Assembly: GCA_010093605.1 (NCBI GenBank)
Contig: MU004190.1
Coordinates: 1,240,001-1,293,607, forward strand
From: Lophium mytilinum
Taxonomy: Eukaryota
Reading direction: 5' to 3'
DNA length: 53,607 nt
Shown here: one piece after another, positions 23,007 to 37,219 of the stretch
How positions within the stretch are numbered: the stretch's first letter is position 1
How the letters are laid out: every line of letters begins with the position of its first letter
Notes under the pieces: model-generated
What the model saw: the letters and a program-made list of their open reading frames with translations, nothing else
What the model was told of the DNA's origin: nothing
Database searches by the model: none
Program-made: the position numbers and the translations under genes

Positions 23007-23313
23007 CTACCTATTCTCTTCCTCCTTCTTCCTCATCTCCTCCATCACTTCATCCATCCGCACAAGCTGACAATTGGGACACTTGTGGGTCTTGGGAGGA
23101 TCAAAATAGATAATCGGATCCCAGGGCGCCGGCAATGGGCGACAGGGAGGCAGATCGCTGCGTTTATTGCCTAGCGAGTAGCAATTCCGGGTCAGTCTTT
23201 CTTTTCTTCTACTTAGGATAAACAACGTTGGGACACCTACCTATGTTGTCGCAGTTGACAATTTCTGGATACTCACACCCGCAGGTCCATTTCTTTTCGA
23301 TTCTCTTGCACAT
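23007..23313 (-). CDS. MC-CGC microprotein H, 78 aa: MCKRIEKKWTCGCEYPEIVNCDNIGNKRSDLPPCRPLPAPWDPIIYFDPPKTHKCPNCQLVRMDEVMEEMRKKEEENR
   Basis: Exons 23241-23313 (73 nt) and 23007-23170. Intron GTAGGT..CTGAC..TAG. TATA-like TATAAATA on the minus strand at ~23504-23511. Confidence 0.8.
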
Positions 23314-24023
23314 CCTGAAAAGTTGCGGCAAGAGTTGAATGAAGTTTCATCAAGTTCGTTTCGTAGGTCGAGGGTTTGCAGCTAGACTATCTGGTAAATG
23401 ATGGAGGCAAGATTGAAGGGATATTCGAGTAGTTTGTTTGATAAGGTCAGGGTTCGTTGCTGGAGCATGGGGAAAGTAGGTCTCTAGAATCGAAAGCAAG
23501 AGGTATTTATATGCCGCCTACTGACGAGGGAGCCAAGACAACGAGAAGGCGGGAGTCAAGGAGGCAAAACCTGAGGCTCAAGAGTCAAGCCGCACGTCGC
23601 ACTCTCAGAACGTTCAACATCCTGCTGCATCGAATCTATCATATAGCATGTCATGATCTCTCGTCCTACTACAGTCATTGCGCTCGAAGGCCTACGCTTC
23701 CCGGAGAGGGTGATTCAATACGTGAGCGCAAGTCGTAGAGTGAACCGCGCTCCGGAGGAGGACTCTTGACAGATACGAAGAAAGATTCACTTGCTACTTG
23801 AATGACTGTTGATGTCGCCGAAGACCAACCCCCCTCATTGAGTAAGCATCAACATGTCAAGAATTTGGGATATCGGGTTGATGCCTGAAAACTGACGTGA
23901 AATTCATGTATTCAGTACCTCAGTACCCCCACCTTACTACAGCGATCCAGCTAGATGCGTATACGCTCACCTTCACTGCCATGCTACTACCTCAAGTACC
24001 GACCAGGACCTAGTTCCTCCGGC

Positions 24024-25991
<1,968 letters not shown>

Positions 25992-27107
25992 GATTGAGAA
26001 ATGGAATCGAGAGAGTATCTTAGAAAGTCACCGAATTCGGTGGAGTTGAGGAATTCAACGAAGCAAAGCTGCTCTGCTGAGCTTGACCAGAGTATGTGAG
26101 AACGCTTCACTCTTTAAATAGAGTTGGACAACTCAAAGATTGCGTTGGCCAACGCTCGCCGCGGCCCGACGTTCGTTCCCTGTATTGGGCTCCGTTGAAG
26201 CTCTTTAACTAGCACGTTGGTGTCGGAAGATGAAGGTGAATTGCAGTGAGGTGATGCAAAGTCGAGTAGGTCCGAATCGGGGTGAAGCCTCATCGGGAAG
26301 GTTGAGCGTGTTTACAGGGTCGACGGCAAGTATAGTCTGCGGCATTTCCTCAATACTGGCTGCAACTCCTCAATATACACAGCGGAGGAAGGTTCGATCA
26401 CGGACTAGCTAAGCAACAGTGATGTGAGAGGCTTGAAGACTATCAGCTGCTTAAGCAAACCCTAGTATCCGAGGCGTTGAACAACGCCCGTCTAGGCGCC
26501 TTTCCTGGTCTCGTTTGCGGGGTATGGATATTAAATCAATGACCGCGGCATGGTTTATATTGAAGTTAGGGAAATATCCATGACATAAACGGCCAAAGGA
26601 CCAAAACGAGCGATCGTCCCGATCGCGTGGAGTCCCCACAGCTGCAAGGCACGGGTCGCTTACCCATCGACAGTGCTTCCAGAAACCTTCCTATAGGGTA
26701 ATGCTATTACCACCAATCGCAAGATAGAAATATTCAAGCACCGAGTCGGTTGTTCAAGCGACGCGTAGCGTGTAGTATGGCCATCAAATTCGTCTTGAGG
26801 CCACGGAACTAGATTTTCAAGGTTAGAGAAAGTTGGCAGCAGCTGCTGCCTTGTAAGGTCCGGCATTCGGTGATTCGTAGACACTCCCTTGAATGGGTGC
26901 ACTAGTAGTCAGGAAGATGAAGATGAAAATTAGTTGTATGGCAATGGTGATTTCAAGTCTATACCGAGAAGTCTGAAGGGTGATCAGGCTTGGCTCCTCC
27001 AAGAGGATTCCTTCTCAAGCCCCAAAGAGTTGCGACCTTTTTCAGATGCATGATGAGATCTTGCTAAGGTTTAGACGTTGGCGAATGTGATATTTCCAAT
27101 CACGTAA

Positions 27108-27346
27108 TGTAAGAATTTAGAGAATAATAGATATTAATTCTATATAGAAATCTAGCTAGTCTATATATATATTAGAGAGGCCTATATAGGCCTTAATTAT
27201 ACTAGATCTATATAGAAAGGTATTTCTATAGTAGATCTATATATTATATATATAATATCTAAATATTAACTATATATTAAGAATTCTATATTCTTCCCTT
27301 CTAGATCTAATTTACTATTAAATTATATTTATAATAGTATATTACA
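27108..27346. mobile_element. Probable LTR of a RIP-degraded retrotransposon whose interior extends toward the gap at 31384
   Basis: The AT-rich block starts exactly with TGTAA, and a matching TTACA lies 239 bp later (TG...CA inverted ends). No partner LTR is seen, and the internal domains could not be decoded. Confidence 0.5.
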
Positions 27347-30300
27347 CTTACTACTTTATACTATATACTATTAGTATATTAGGCTATTAGCTTCTTTTAA
27401 AGCTTTAAAGCTTCTAGGGGTATATAATACTATAAAAGGTATATTAGTAGGTAGTAATATTATAGTAATATACCTAAGAGGGGTTTAGAATTCTTTAGAG
27501 GCCTACTGCTATATTAGTAGAAGAGATAATAAAAGTATTAGAATATTTAATAGCTTAATAATAAGAAAGAATTAGAAGAGATTATAAAGTATTTATAATA
27601 GAGGGAATTATAAAGTAATATAAATATTAGTATACTAGTACGCATTAGGTTCTAATGCGCAATTAGAGCTATAATAGCTAATAATAGGCTTATTAAAGAT
27701 CTTATAAAGTCTCTTATAATATAGTAAAAAGCTTATAATCTTATATAGGTCTAAGAAGCTATTAGTATATTATAGAGTAGTAAGTAGTAATCTAGAAGTA
27801 ATAGATTTAAGAATCTAGAGTATATATAAGGCTTTTTTAATACTCTTATACTCTTTTTTCTATACTTAACTTTCTTCTTTAAGGTTTAAGCTTCTCTTAG
27901 CTTTAAAAGTTTATTAAAGACTCTTATAGCTTCTCTTCTTATTACTATTATCTTTCTTTATTAATTTCTTTATTAGAACTCTCTCTCTCTTAGCTTCTAG
28001 GCTACTTCTTCTTACTCTAAGTTAGTGTTATAATATTACTTAATACCTAGCTAGATTCTATAGCCTCTAGCTTACTCTATAGAAGAGGTAGAGATAATAA
28101 AGGTAATAATTCTTTAGACTCTAGCTATAGTTATAAGGTTCTACACTCTTATAAATACTTAGATATCTTAGCTTATAAAGCCTTATAGGCCTATAGTAAG
28201 TTTCTAATAATAGTTTAGCTCTTTCTTTTAATAAAGCTAATAAGATCTAGTTACTATTATATTTATATTAATTATTAACCTTCTAATAGTCTAGAGGTTC
28301 TATAATCTATACTATATATAGCTAATAGCCTTTAATAACTCTATTCTACTTTCTTAAGCCTTCTAACACTACACTATAGCTTCTAATTATCTAAACTACA
28401 CTAAATACCCCCTAAAGTTTAAAGGTAGTAGTAGAGCTTAAAGAAATATACTACTTTAAGGGTTTCTTAGTAATATTAGAAATAATAAACTAATTTTAAA
28501 TAAGAACTATAGCTATACTTTATACTTTATAGGGCTTCTTAAATAGTATTTAGGCTTAAGAGTAGATTATAGTAAGAATTCTAGAGCTTCTTCTACCTTT
28601 AGAGCCTATAACTACTACTTAAGAATATTCTTAGAAGGCTATTAGTTTAGTAAATATATTTAGGCTTATAATTTAAATAGTTTTTCTTTCTACTAAGGAT
28701 TCTATATAGAATATTATTAGTAGAGTAGTAAGAGGACTTATTTATTCTAAGATAAGTTTAGCTTTACTTTTAGAGTATTTTAGAACTTAGCTAATACCTA
28801 TTATAAAAGGGTAGACTCTAATAGCTTATTAAAAGACTACTAGAGCTTATATTTAATAAGGTTACTATAATATTACTAAGTTTATATCTTCTCTTTATAA
28901 CTAAGAATCTCTTAAGAACCTAGCTAAAAATATAGTATACTTAGCCTTAGCTATATAGCTACTAATAGAATTAATTTAAAGAAAGACTACTATACTACTA
29001 TATAATCTAGATATTCTTTATACTTCTAAATCTCTAATAGCTTAATATTACCTATAGGGCTCTAGTAGTACTTCTAGTTTAGAATCTAGCTTCTAGTAAT
29101 TATCTATAGCTATATTAGGTTTAAAAAATATAGCTACTTTAGGTTCTAGTACTTAAGGTCTAAGATAATACTCTCTAACCTCTTCTACTTAGCCTTTAAC
29201 TTCTCTAACTTCTTTAACCTCTTATTATTCTTCTTTAGGTTCTCTATAGCGCTTTTAAGAGCCTACTCCTAATATACTATTAAGCTGCTACTTATTCTAG
29301 TTATCTATTAGTAATAATAATAACTCTACTAAAGAGACTCCTTTAAACTCTACTTAGTATTAGATAGGCTCTCTAAATACTATTCTCTAGAAGAATAGGG
29401 CTAGTAAGTATAGCTAAAATATATTAACTTAGAGCGCGCCTTTAAAATAGCCTTAGAAGAATAATAATAGCTATTCTAGTAGTAGTAGTAGCTATAAAAG
29501 TCCTAGTAGAAAAAGTTCTAGTAGTAGAATAGCTACCTAGAAGAACTAAGAGTATATTAGCTTAGCTAGTATTAATAGAAAAGCATTAATTTTCCCTCCC
29601 CTTCTAGATATAAAAAGAGTTAAGTATAATAGAAGTATAAGCTTAGCTTAGTTAATCTTTAATATAGATTCTTAAATTTATTATCTTTTTAATTCTCTAA
29701 AGATAAAATATAGCTAAATAAGTAATAATAAAGAATTAAACGCTTAAATCTAAATTAATAAAGAAAATCTAGGTAATAAATATATAGAGTTCTTCTAATA
29801 CTCTATTAGCTTAGAATAGAAGTACTATTTAAGCTCTTTTATACTTTCTTCTATATAACTCTATATTAAGAGCTTAGGTAGGTTATATTATAGGTGTATT
29901 AAAATTACTATTTAAATCTAACTTATAATTACTACTAGTATTCTTATTATCTTTAATATCTATTATACTAGTATTACTGCTAGAGAAGCTCTCTAATTAA
30001 ATATTAGAGTTAGCATTTTTATCTAAGGACTTATTATTTATGCACATTTTAGTATTCTTAGCTCTTAAGTTAATCCCTTTATTCTATAGCTCTGCAGTAT
30101 TATTAGTTTAAATAATAGCATTACCTCTTAGCTATATAATAATAGTATCCCTATTATACTTATTATTATCTTAGTGCGCAGTATTAGGTAATTAAATAGT
30201 AGTATTTATACTCTTAGATATTCTATTACCCTCTTAAGCTATTTCTAATAGTTCCCTATTATTAGTATCTATAGCTAGCACTAATATATTATTAGGTTAT

Positions 30301-31383
30301 CCTGCAGGTACTATATAATTACTAGTTCCCTATAGAATATTAAGCTTATCTTAACTTATCTCTAGCTTATATATATAAACTTTCTAATAGATATTTATAG
30401 TAGTCTTACCTATATCTTTATATTATATAACTATAAAGCTAGTAACCTATACTAGTATAATAGTTAATTAACCCTTTTTAGGTTTCTTTTTCTTAGTAGC
30501 CTATTAGTCTCTCTTAAGAACTCTTTCTTTAAAATCTCTTAGTATTTAATATAGCTTTAGTTTAGGCAGTTTCTAAGCGTTTTTCTTTTTTTTCTAGAAG
30601 AGCTCCGCGCCCTTATGCTGCTATTTTAATTAATACTTAGTAATCTTCTAATTCTATTTTACTTTAGAAATTATAGTAAACTTAGACTATAGCTTTCTAT
30701 TAGCGTTATCTATATTTAATATATCTATAATAGCGTTATTACTAGATTTAACTTCTTCTTAATATATAGCACGCTCTTTATTAGTATTATTAAAATTCTC
30801 TTAGTTTTAAAGTACTTAGTTATCTTCTAATATATTATTAGAATATTCTAAGCTATATTTAGGGTCTTCTTAGTTCTAAAACTTTATATAAGTATTAATG
30901 CGTACATTTACTAACCTATTACTATAAATAAGGTTCTTTAATACTTAATTAGTAGGCGTTTAAAGTATATAGATACTAAAAGGATAAGTAGTAATAATTT
31001 TAAATAGACTAAACTATTTTACTCTAAATTTTCTCTTAACCTTATTTTAAAGAAGTATCTAGAAACTAATCTTCTATTAAGTAACTAAATACTTCTTAGA
31101 TAGAGGTTATAGATTCTATAGATCTACTATAATTACTTTCTTTAGTAGCTAATCTTCTATATTAGAAAAACCTAAAACTATAAAAGTTAGGGCTATTAGT
31201 ACTTAGTAGCGAACGGCGTAAACTTCTAGTAAACTATGTAAATTACGCAACGTCTATATAAACTACTAGCGCAGGTAATATTACTATATAGACTAGTAGT
31301 AGTTTACCTATATACTATATAGCCTAATAATACTTAATTATTATCTATTATTTTAAACTATTAATAATTTAGTTCTATAGTAT

Positions 31384-31623
31384 NNNNNNNNNNNNNNNNN
31401 NNNNNNNNNNNNNNNNNNNNNNNNNNNNNNNNNNNNNNNNNNNNNNNNNNNNNNNNNNNNNNNNNNNNNNNNNNNNNNNNNNNNNNNNNNNNNNNNNNNN
31501 NNNNNNNNNNNNNNNNNNNNNNNNNNNNNNNNNNNNNNNNNNNNNNNNNNNNNNNNNNNNNNNNNNNNNNNNNNNNNNNNNNNNNNNNNNNNNNNNNNNN
31601 NNNNNNNNNNNNNNNNNNNNNNA
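31384..31623. other. Assembly gap (N run)
   Basis: Run of about 240 n. Confidence 0.99.
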
Positions 31624-32414
31624 TATAACTATTCTACTACTAATATAAGCTCTAGTAGTAGTTTCTTATATCTATATTATAGAATAGCCTCTAGTATTAT
31701 AGCTATAACGCTACCGCCTCTATAGCTTCTTCTTTCTATTTACTTCTTCTATATTTCTTATTTCCCTCTATATTAGTACACTTTACTCCTTCTACCTATA
31801 TTTTAGGTTACTGCTCCTCTATTTATAGTCTCTTCTATTATACTTCTAACCTTAAAAGTTAGAATACTATTATTTTATAACCTAGCCTATAGTATACTTA
31901 TATACTAAAAGGTAATAAAAATATATACTCTCTATCTAGCGGGGTAGTTACAGGACCTAAAATATACTTAAAGAAATAGGCTAGAGTCTCTTTTAGAATA
32001 TAAGAATATAGGGGGCACGCTATAATAATTATAGATAATTTTATATAATTCTAAATAATCTTATATAGTACTATAAGAAGAGTTAGAGATATTAAAGTAG
32101 GGGTAGCTTTATTTTCCCTCTCTCTACTACGTTATTATATAGTAGATAGTTATCTATTACTAGTATATATAAGGGCTAGGTTATTTCTATAATACTAGAT
32201 TAAAGTATATCTAGTGCTAGCAATAGAGTATATATTCTATCCGCCCGCTTATTTTCTAAAAAAAGTAGGGCTAGAAAAGTAGTAGTTAGAGTAGAGTTAA
32301 AAGCTAGTAGAAAATATAAATATATAGTTATATATAGTAGTTAGAAAGATTAAGAGCTATATATATAAAAAATTATATTAGAACTAAGGCACTATTATAT
32401 AAAGTAGAGCGGGA

Positions 32415-32533
32415 GGGATAGAGAAACTTAGTAGAAAAAAAATTCTATAGAGTAGAGTAGAAGAAATAGAGAAATCTAGTAGATAAAAAAGCTTATAGAG
32501 TAGAGTAGAAGGGATAGAGAAGCTTAATAGATA
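32415..32533. repeat. Degenerate 48-bp tandem repeat (~2.5 units)
   Basis: Unit approximately GGGATAGAGAAACTTAGTAGAAAAAAAATTCTATAGAGTAGAGTAGAA. Confidence 0.7.
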
Positions 32534-33877
32534 ATATAAGCTAGTAATACTAGAGTATATTATCTTTATCTAATATAGCTCTATAGAACTATGCTAGTCT
32601 AACTACTAACCTAAATATTAGTACGCTATTAGCTTTCTATTATAGTAGATACTATTAGTAAGCTATACCCGCGCACTACCTCTTATTCTCTATATTTTAG
32701 CTTCTTAGATAAGTTTCTACTAGCTTTAGCCTTTACTATAATTTATTAGTATATATAATTTTAATACCTACTATATTTTAAATAGTTAGCCTTAAGTTAA
32801 TCTCTACTATAACTCTTCTACCTTTTTAACTTTTACTACCTTCTACTACTCTATAGTGTAGAGAAAGAAATGCGGGGTAGGCTTTTATACCTATAGAATA
32901 GAGGAGAATAGTTCTATTATATATGCAGGCAGGCGCTAGAAATTTAAGGCTTAGGCGTATATATTTTAACTAATAGTTACTATATACTTTTCTTTTAAGT
33001 ATACTATTAGAATCTTATATAAGTACATCTTTATAGTAGTGCGCTATTATTACTAATAGTTATTTTTAATTAGCCTTAGGTTTAATCCCTTATATTATAG
33101 CTTAACGCGCTAGGTATTATAACTATAGAATATCTCTAAATAGGTATTATAAGACTAGTAGTGTTTTTAAGCGTATATAGTTTAGAGGGTTTATATTAAA
33201 AGTAGGTAGATAAGTAGTTTCTAAGTTAAAGCTTAGAGTAGAAATAGGCTTTAAGATATAAGGTATATATATATACTATATATCTATTAAAAGTTAACTT
33301 AGTAGTAGTATAAGAGTATAGAAAATATATAGAAAGTATATATAGGTAGACTTATATAGTTCTATTTAAGGCTACTTTCTACCTATATATGCGCTAGAAA
33401 ATTAGTAATTTCTTAAGAAGGTACTTATTATACTAAGTGTATACACCTTCTATATCTACTTTTAGGCGTCTCTTAGATAATATTAGAGGAGTAGAAGATA
33501 GTAGAGTTAGTATTCTTCTCTTTATCTTTTACTATATAAGTATATATAATTTCTAAGGCCTTCTTAATACTAGTTTAAGCTATAATTAGGCCTATTTTAG
33601 CCTTATATAAGGCCGCCTCTACTACCTTTAAGCTATCTAGGTCTTCTATAGATAATACCTTCTTTATAGTATTTTCTTTATTCTAGTTAACTTTCTCTAC
33701 CTAGTTTTTTCTATTATTAAAGTAGTATATATTTAATTTATCTTTATCTTCTATAAGGTCTATAGGCTCTAGTTTATTAGGTAGTACTTTATATTTATTC
33801 TTTAAGATTACACCTTAAGTCTCTTATTCTAATACTACTATTTCTAAGTTCTTCTTTTTAGCCTTAGCTATTACTAA

Positions 33878-34033
33878 GGTCTCTAGTAATAATAGCACCT
33901 CTTATATACCTCTAGTCTTCTAGTATATTAAGGTCTATAGCTTATCTATAAAGATATAGGTCTCTAGTAATAATAGCGCCGCTTATATACTTCTAGTCTT
34001 CTAGAATATTAAGATCTATAGCTTAACTATAAG
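33878..34033. repeat. 81-bp-period direct repeat (2 units)
   Basis: GGTCTCTAGTAATAATAGC...CTAGTCTTCTAG...TATTAAG starts at 33878 and again at 33959. Confidence 0.75.
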
Positions 34034-37000
34034 AATATACTTAGTATAAATTTAGACTTCTAGTTAGAGGTTATAGTTATCTTTCTTTCCTTTCTCTCTA
34101 TATATAGCTATATAGTAGCTAATAGCCTTACCTAAGGTAGTATAATTTAAGTAGAATAATATTAGGTTTATAAGGCTAACTTTAAATATAGAACTATCTT
34201 TAGAGTTAATAAAGTAGGCACGCATTAGTAAGAGGACTAAATGCGGGTTAGTAAATATATAATCTTCTTACGTATAGTAGTAGCGTATATTTTAGGTCTT
34301 AGTAGTAGTAAAAGATCTTTTTAATATCTATATTAATAATTATAGATTAGAATATACTTAGTAGAGTAGGTATTAAAGTATAGCTTATATATATAATTAG
34401 TGCTGCGCTACTAGTAATATTAAGTATATTTATAGATATATTAACTTAGAGTCTATAGCCTTTATATAGCTATACTACTATACCTTCTTTACCTCTAGAG
34501 TATTTAAAGCTACTTTTATCTAGAACTACGGGTACTATAAGCTTCTTATACTAGTAAATAGTTAGTAGATATAGATAGGGAAGTAGTAGATAGACTTATA
34601 TAGGCCTAATTCTTAATAAAGAAGCTCTTAGAGCTGTTTCTATAGGCCTTCTTTACTACCTCTAGTATAGTCTTTATCTCTAGCTTATTAGACTAGCCAC
34701 CCTTTATATTATCTAATTTTTAACTTAGAACTAGGTATAGTAAATACTTATATATAGACTAGATAAGTGTATTATATTTAACTTTAAAGTTAGTAATATC
34801 TTTCTAAGGGCGCTAGAGAAATATAGTAGCTTTCTTTAGGTTATTTCTACTATATATAGTATATAGCGCTTTAAAGTAGTCTATATAGCTATTAATATAG
34901 ATAGTAATAGTAAGATCTACTAGTTTATTCTAGTAGACTACTATCTACTCTATTATAGTAGCGGGGTTATAGTAACTTAGGCTATTAAGCTATTAGTAAT
35001 ATAGTAAGAAAGAGTATAGTAAGGCTTATATATAAGAGTAAGATTAAAGTTAAGTTTTACTTGCCGGCCTACTTAGTTATTAGTAGAGGAGGTAAAGGTC
35101 TTTACTAGCTATAATATAACGCGCGCCTGCTAGATAAAGTAGATTTATAGCCTTAGCTTAGGTAATAGATAATACTATATAGCCTAAGAAGTTAGATAGT
35201 TAAAGTAGACTTTATACTATTATAAGAGGGTAATAATCTCTAATTATAATTAATTATATTAAGCGTTAGAGGTAATAGAGTAGAAGCTATAGGCAACACC
35301 GGGCTCTATAAAGGGTGGTCTTCTAGTATTAGGGCCTAAAGGTAAAGAATAATATATACTACTTTAGAATTAGAGAAAGAATTTAGGTCTATTAAACGGG
35401 GTAGTAGGTCTACTAATAGAATACCTCTTAATATTATTAGAAATATAGCCCCTAATATTAGCTACCCTAGGTATTACTTTAAATAGTTTATAGGGCGTAA
35501 ATCTTAACTAGTATAACTAACTTATATATACCTGCGCAGTATTTAAATAAGTAGTAGCCCTGCTTAATAAGAAGGGGTGTAATAAAATTAAGACAGGTAA
35601 GATAATATAAGTAGCGGGCTAACTCTAATTATAAAAGGAAGATATATATAATCTCTAATTATAATTAATAATCTATAAAAGAGAAGAGTTAAGCGCATAG
35701 ATAGTAAGAAAAATTAAATTGCTAGTAATTAACTTATATATTAATATTTTTAAAACCCTATTATACCTTATACTTAAATATAAATACTATTATAGAATAA
35801 ACTACTATATTTAGGGGTCTAGACTAACTATATATACCGCCTACTATATAACTTAAGTATACTTAAGAGAAGCCTTCTACCTACTATTCTCTATCTCTAT
35901 ATTATCTACCTCTATCTCTACTTTAGTATTACCTATCTTACCTACCTCTATCTCTATATTCTTCTTCTCTATATTATCCGCATTAGGCTTAAATTCTAAC
36001 TTAAATACTTTACTTATTTCTAAATTAGTTCTATAGTTAGTAAGTTCTATTATATATAGATTAACTAAGTACTAAAAGTCCTCTAGATTAAAAGGCTTTA
36101 GTAGGTTACAGTCTAACTATTATTTATAATTAATAATATATTACATATAGATATTACTTAAAAGGTTTTAAAGTATTATTAACTAGTTAACTATATTTAG
36201 TTAGAGCAGGTCTAGACTAGTACACTTATCTATAAGGCTAGCAGATCTATAATCTATATATATTATAGTAGAAGATAATAGTTATAGGCTAAAGTATTTA
36301 TTAGTATTTAGGTTTATATAGTAGACGCAACTATATATATAGAAGAATTTTAAAAGGGTAAAGATTAGTATCTTACCTAGTAACGCGTGTATATAAGTAT
36401 TATAGATAATAGAGTTTTAATAGTATTACCTAAATAGCTAGAAAAGGGATATTATATTAGTAGGTATCTATAGAAGAGAGGGTGCTTACTTACCTCTTTA
36501 AGTAGGCTAATACTTGCTAACTCTTCTAGATAATTTATCTTAGTATTATATCTTATAGCGTAGGGCTATAAGAGAATTACATTCTAACTATATATAGATA
36601 GGTGTAGCTTTAATTAATAAAACGCTTATTCTATTAGCTTAGTATTATTAGCTAGGATATTATATAGCTTATAGGTATTAGTTTAATAGAGCTAAAATAT
36701 AGAGTATTATTACTAATATACTTAAAGTTATAGAGGTAGAAGATATTTCCCTTTTTAGATATATACGCTCTAGTAAAGGCGGAGGGTATCTTATAGTTTT
36801 AACCCGGTTTAGAGAGAGGTTTATCTATGTTTAACTAGACTAGAATAGGTAAGTATAGTTTAAGTATATTAAGGTCTATACCTTATACCTCTATCTTATA
36901 GTATTAACCTACTAGAAAGTAGTTTATAATTTAACTATAGCCTAGAACCTCTAGTATAGATAATATACTTACTATAGGCGCTATTTAGAGTTAATTACTA

Positions 37001-37219
37001 TAAAATATTAAGAAAAGAAAGTAATTAGGGGGTAGTAAGTTTAAGTAGCTAGTAAATTTAATTAGGCGGCTGTTATTAGTAAAGGGAAATAGGTAAAGAT
37101 AGCAACATGTAATTTTAAAAAGTAAAGTAAGGTAGTGCTAGCGGGGTATACTAGCGTTACCTAGTATTATAGAAATTATATAGGAAAGTATATAGTTATT
37201 ATCTTATATTAATTAGCCT

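Noticed and set aside
26000..26700. AmyR/CreA sites upstream of the glucoamylase
   Set aside because: No clean CGG-N8-(C/A)GG site found by eye; the SYGGRG hexamers present are too short to be significant.
27347..31383. Assignment of the LTR relic to Copia or Gypsy
   Set aside because: RIP damage prevented confident recovery of RT, integrase or RNase H motifs.
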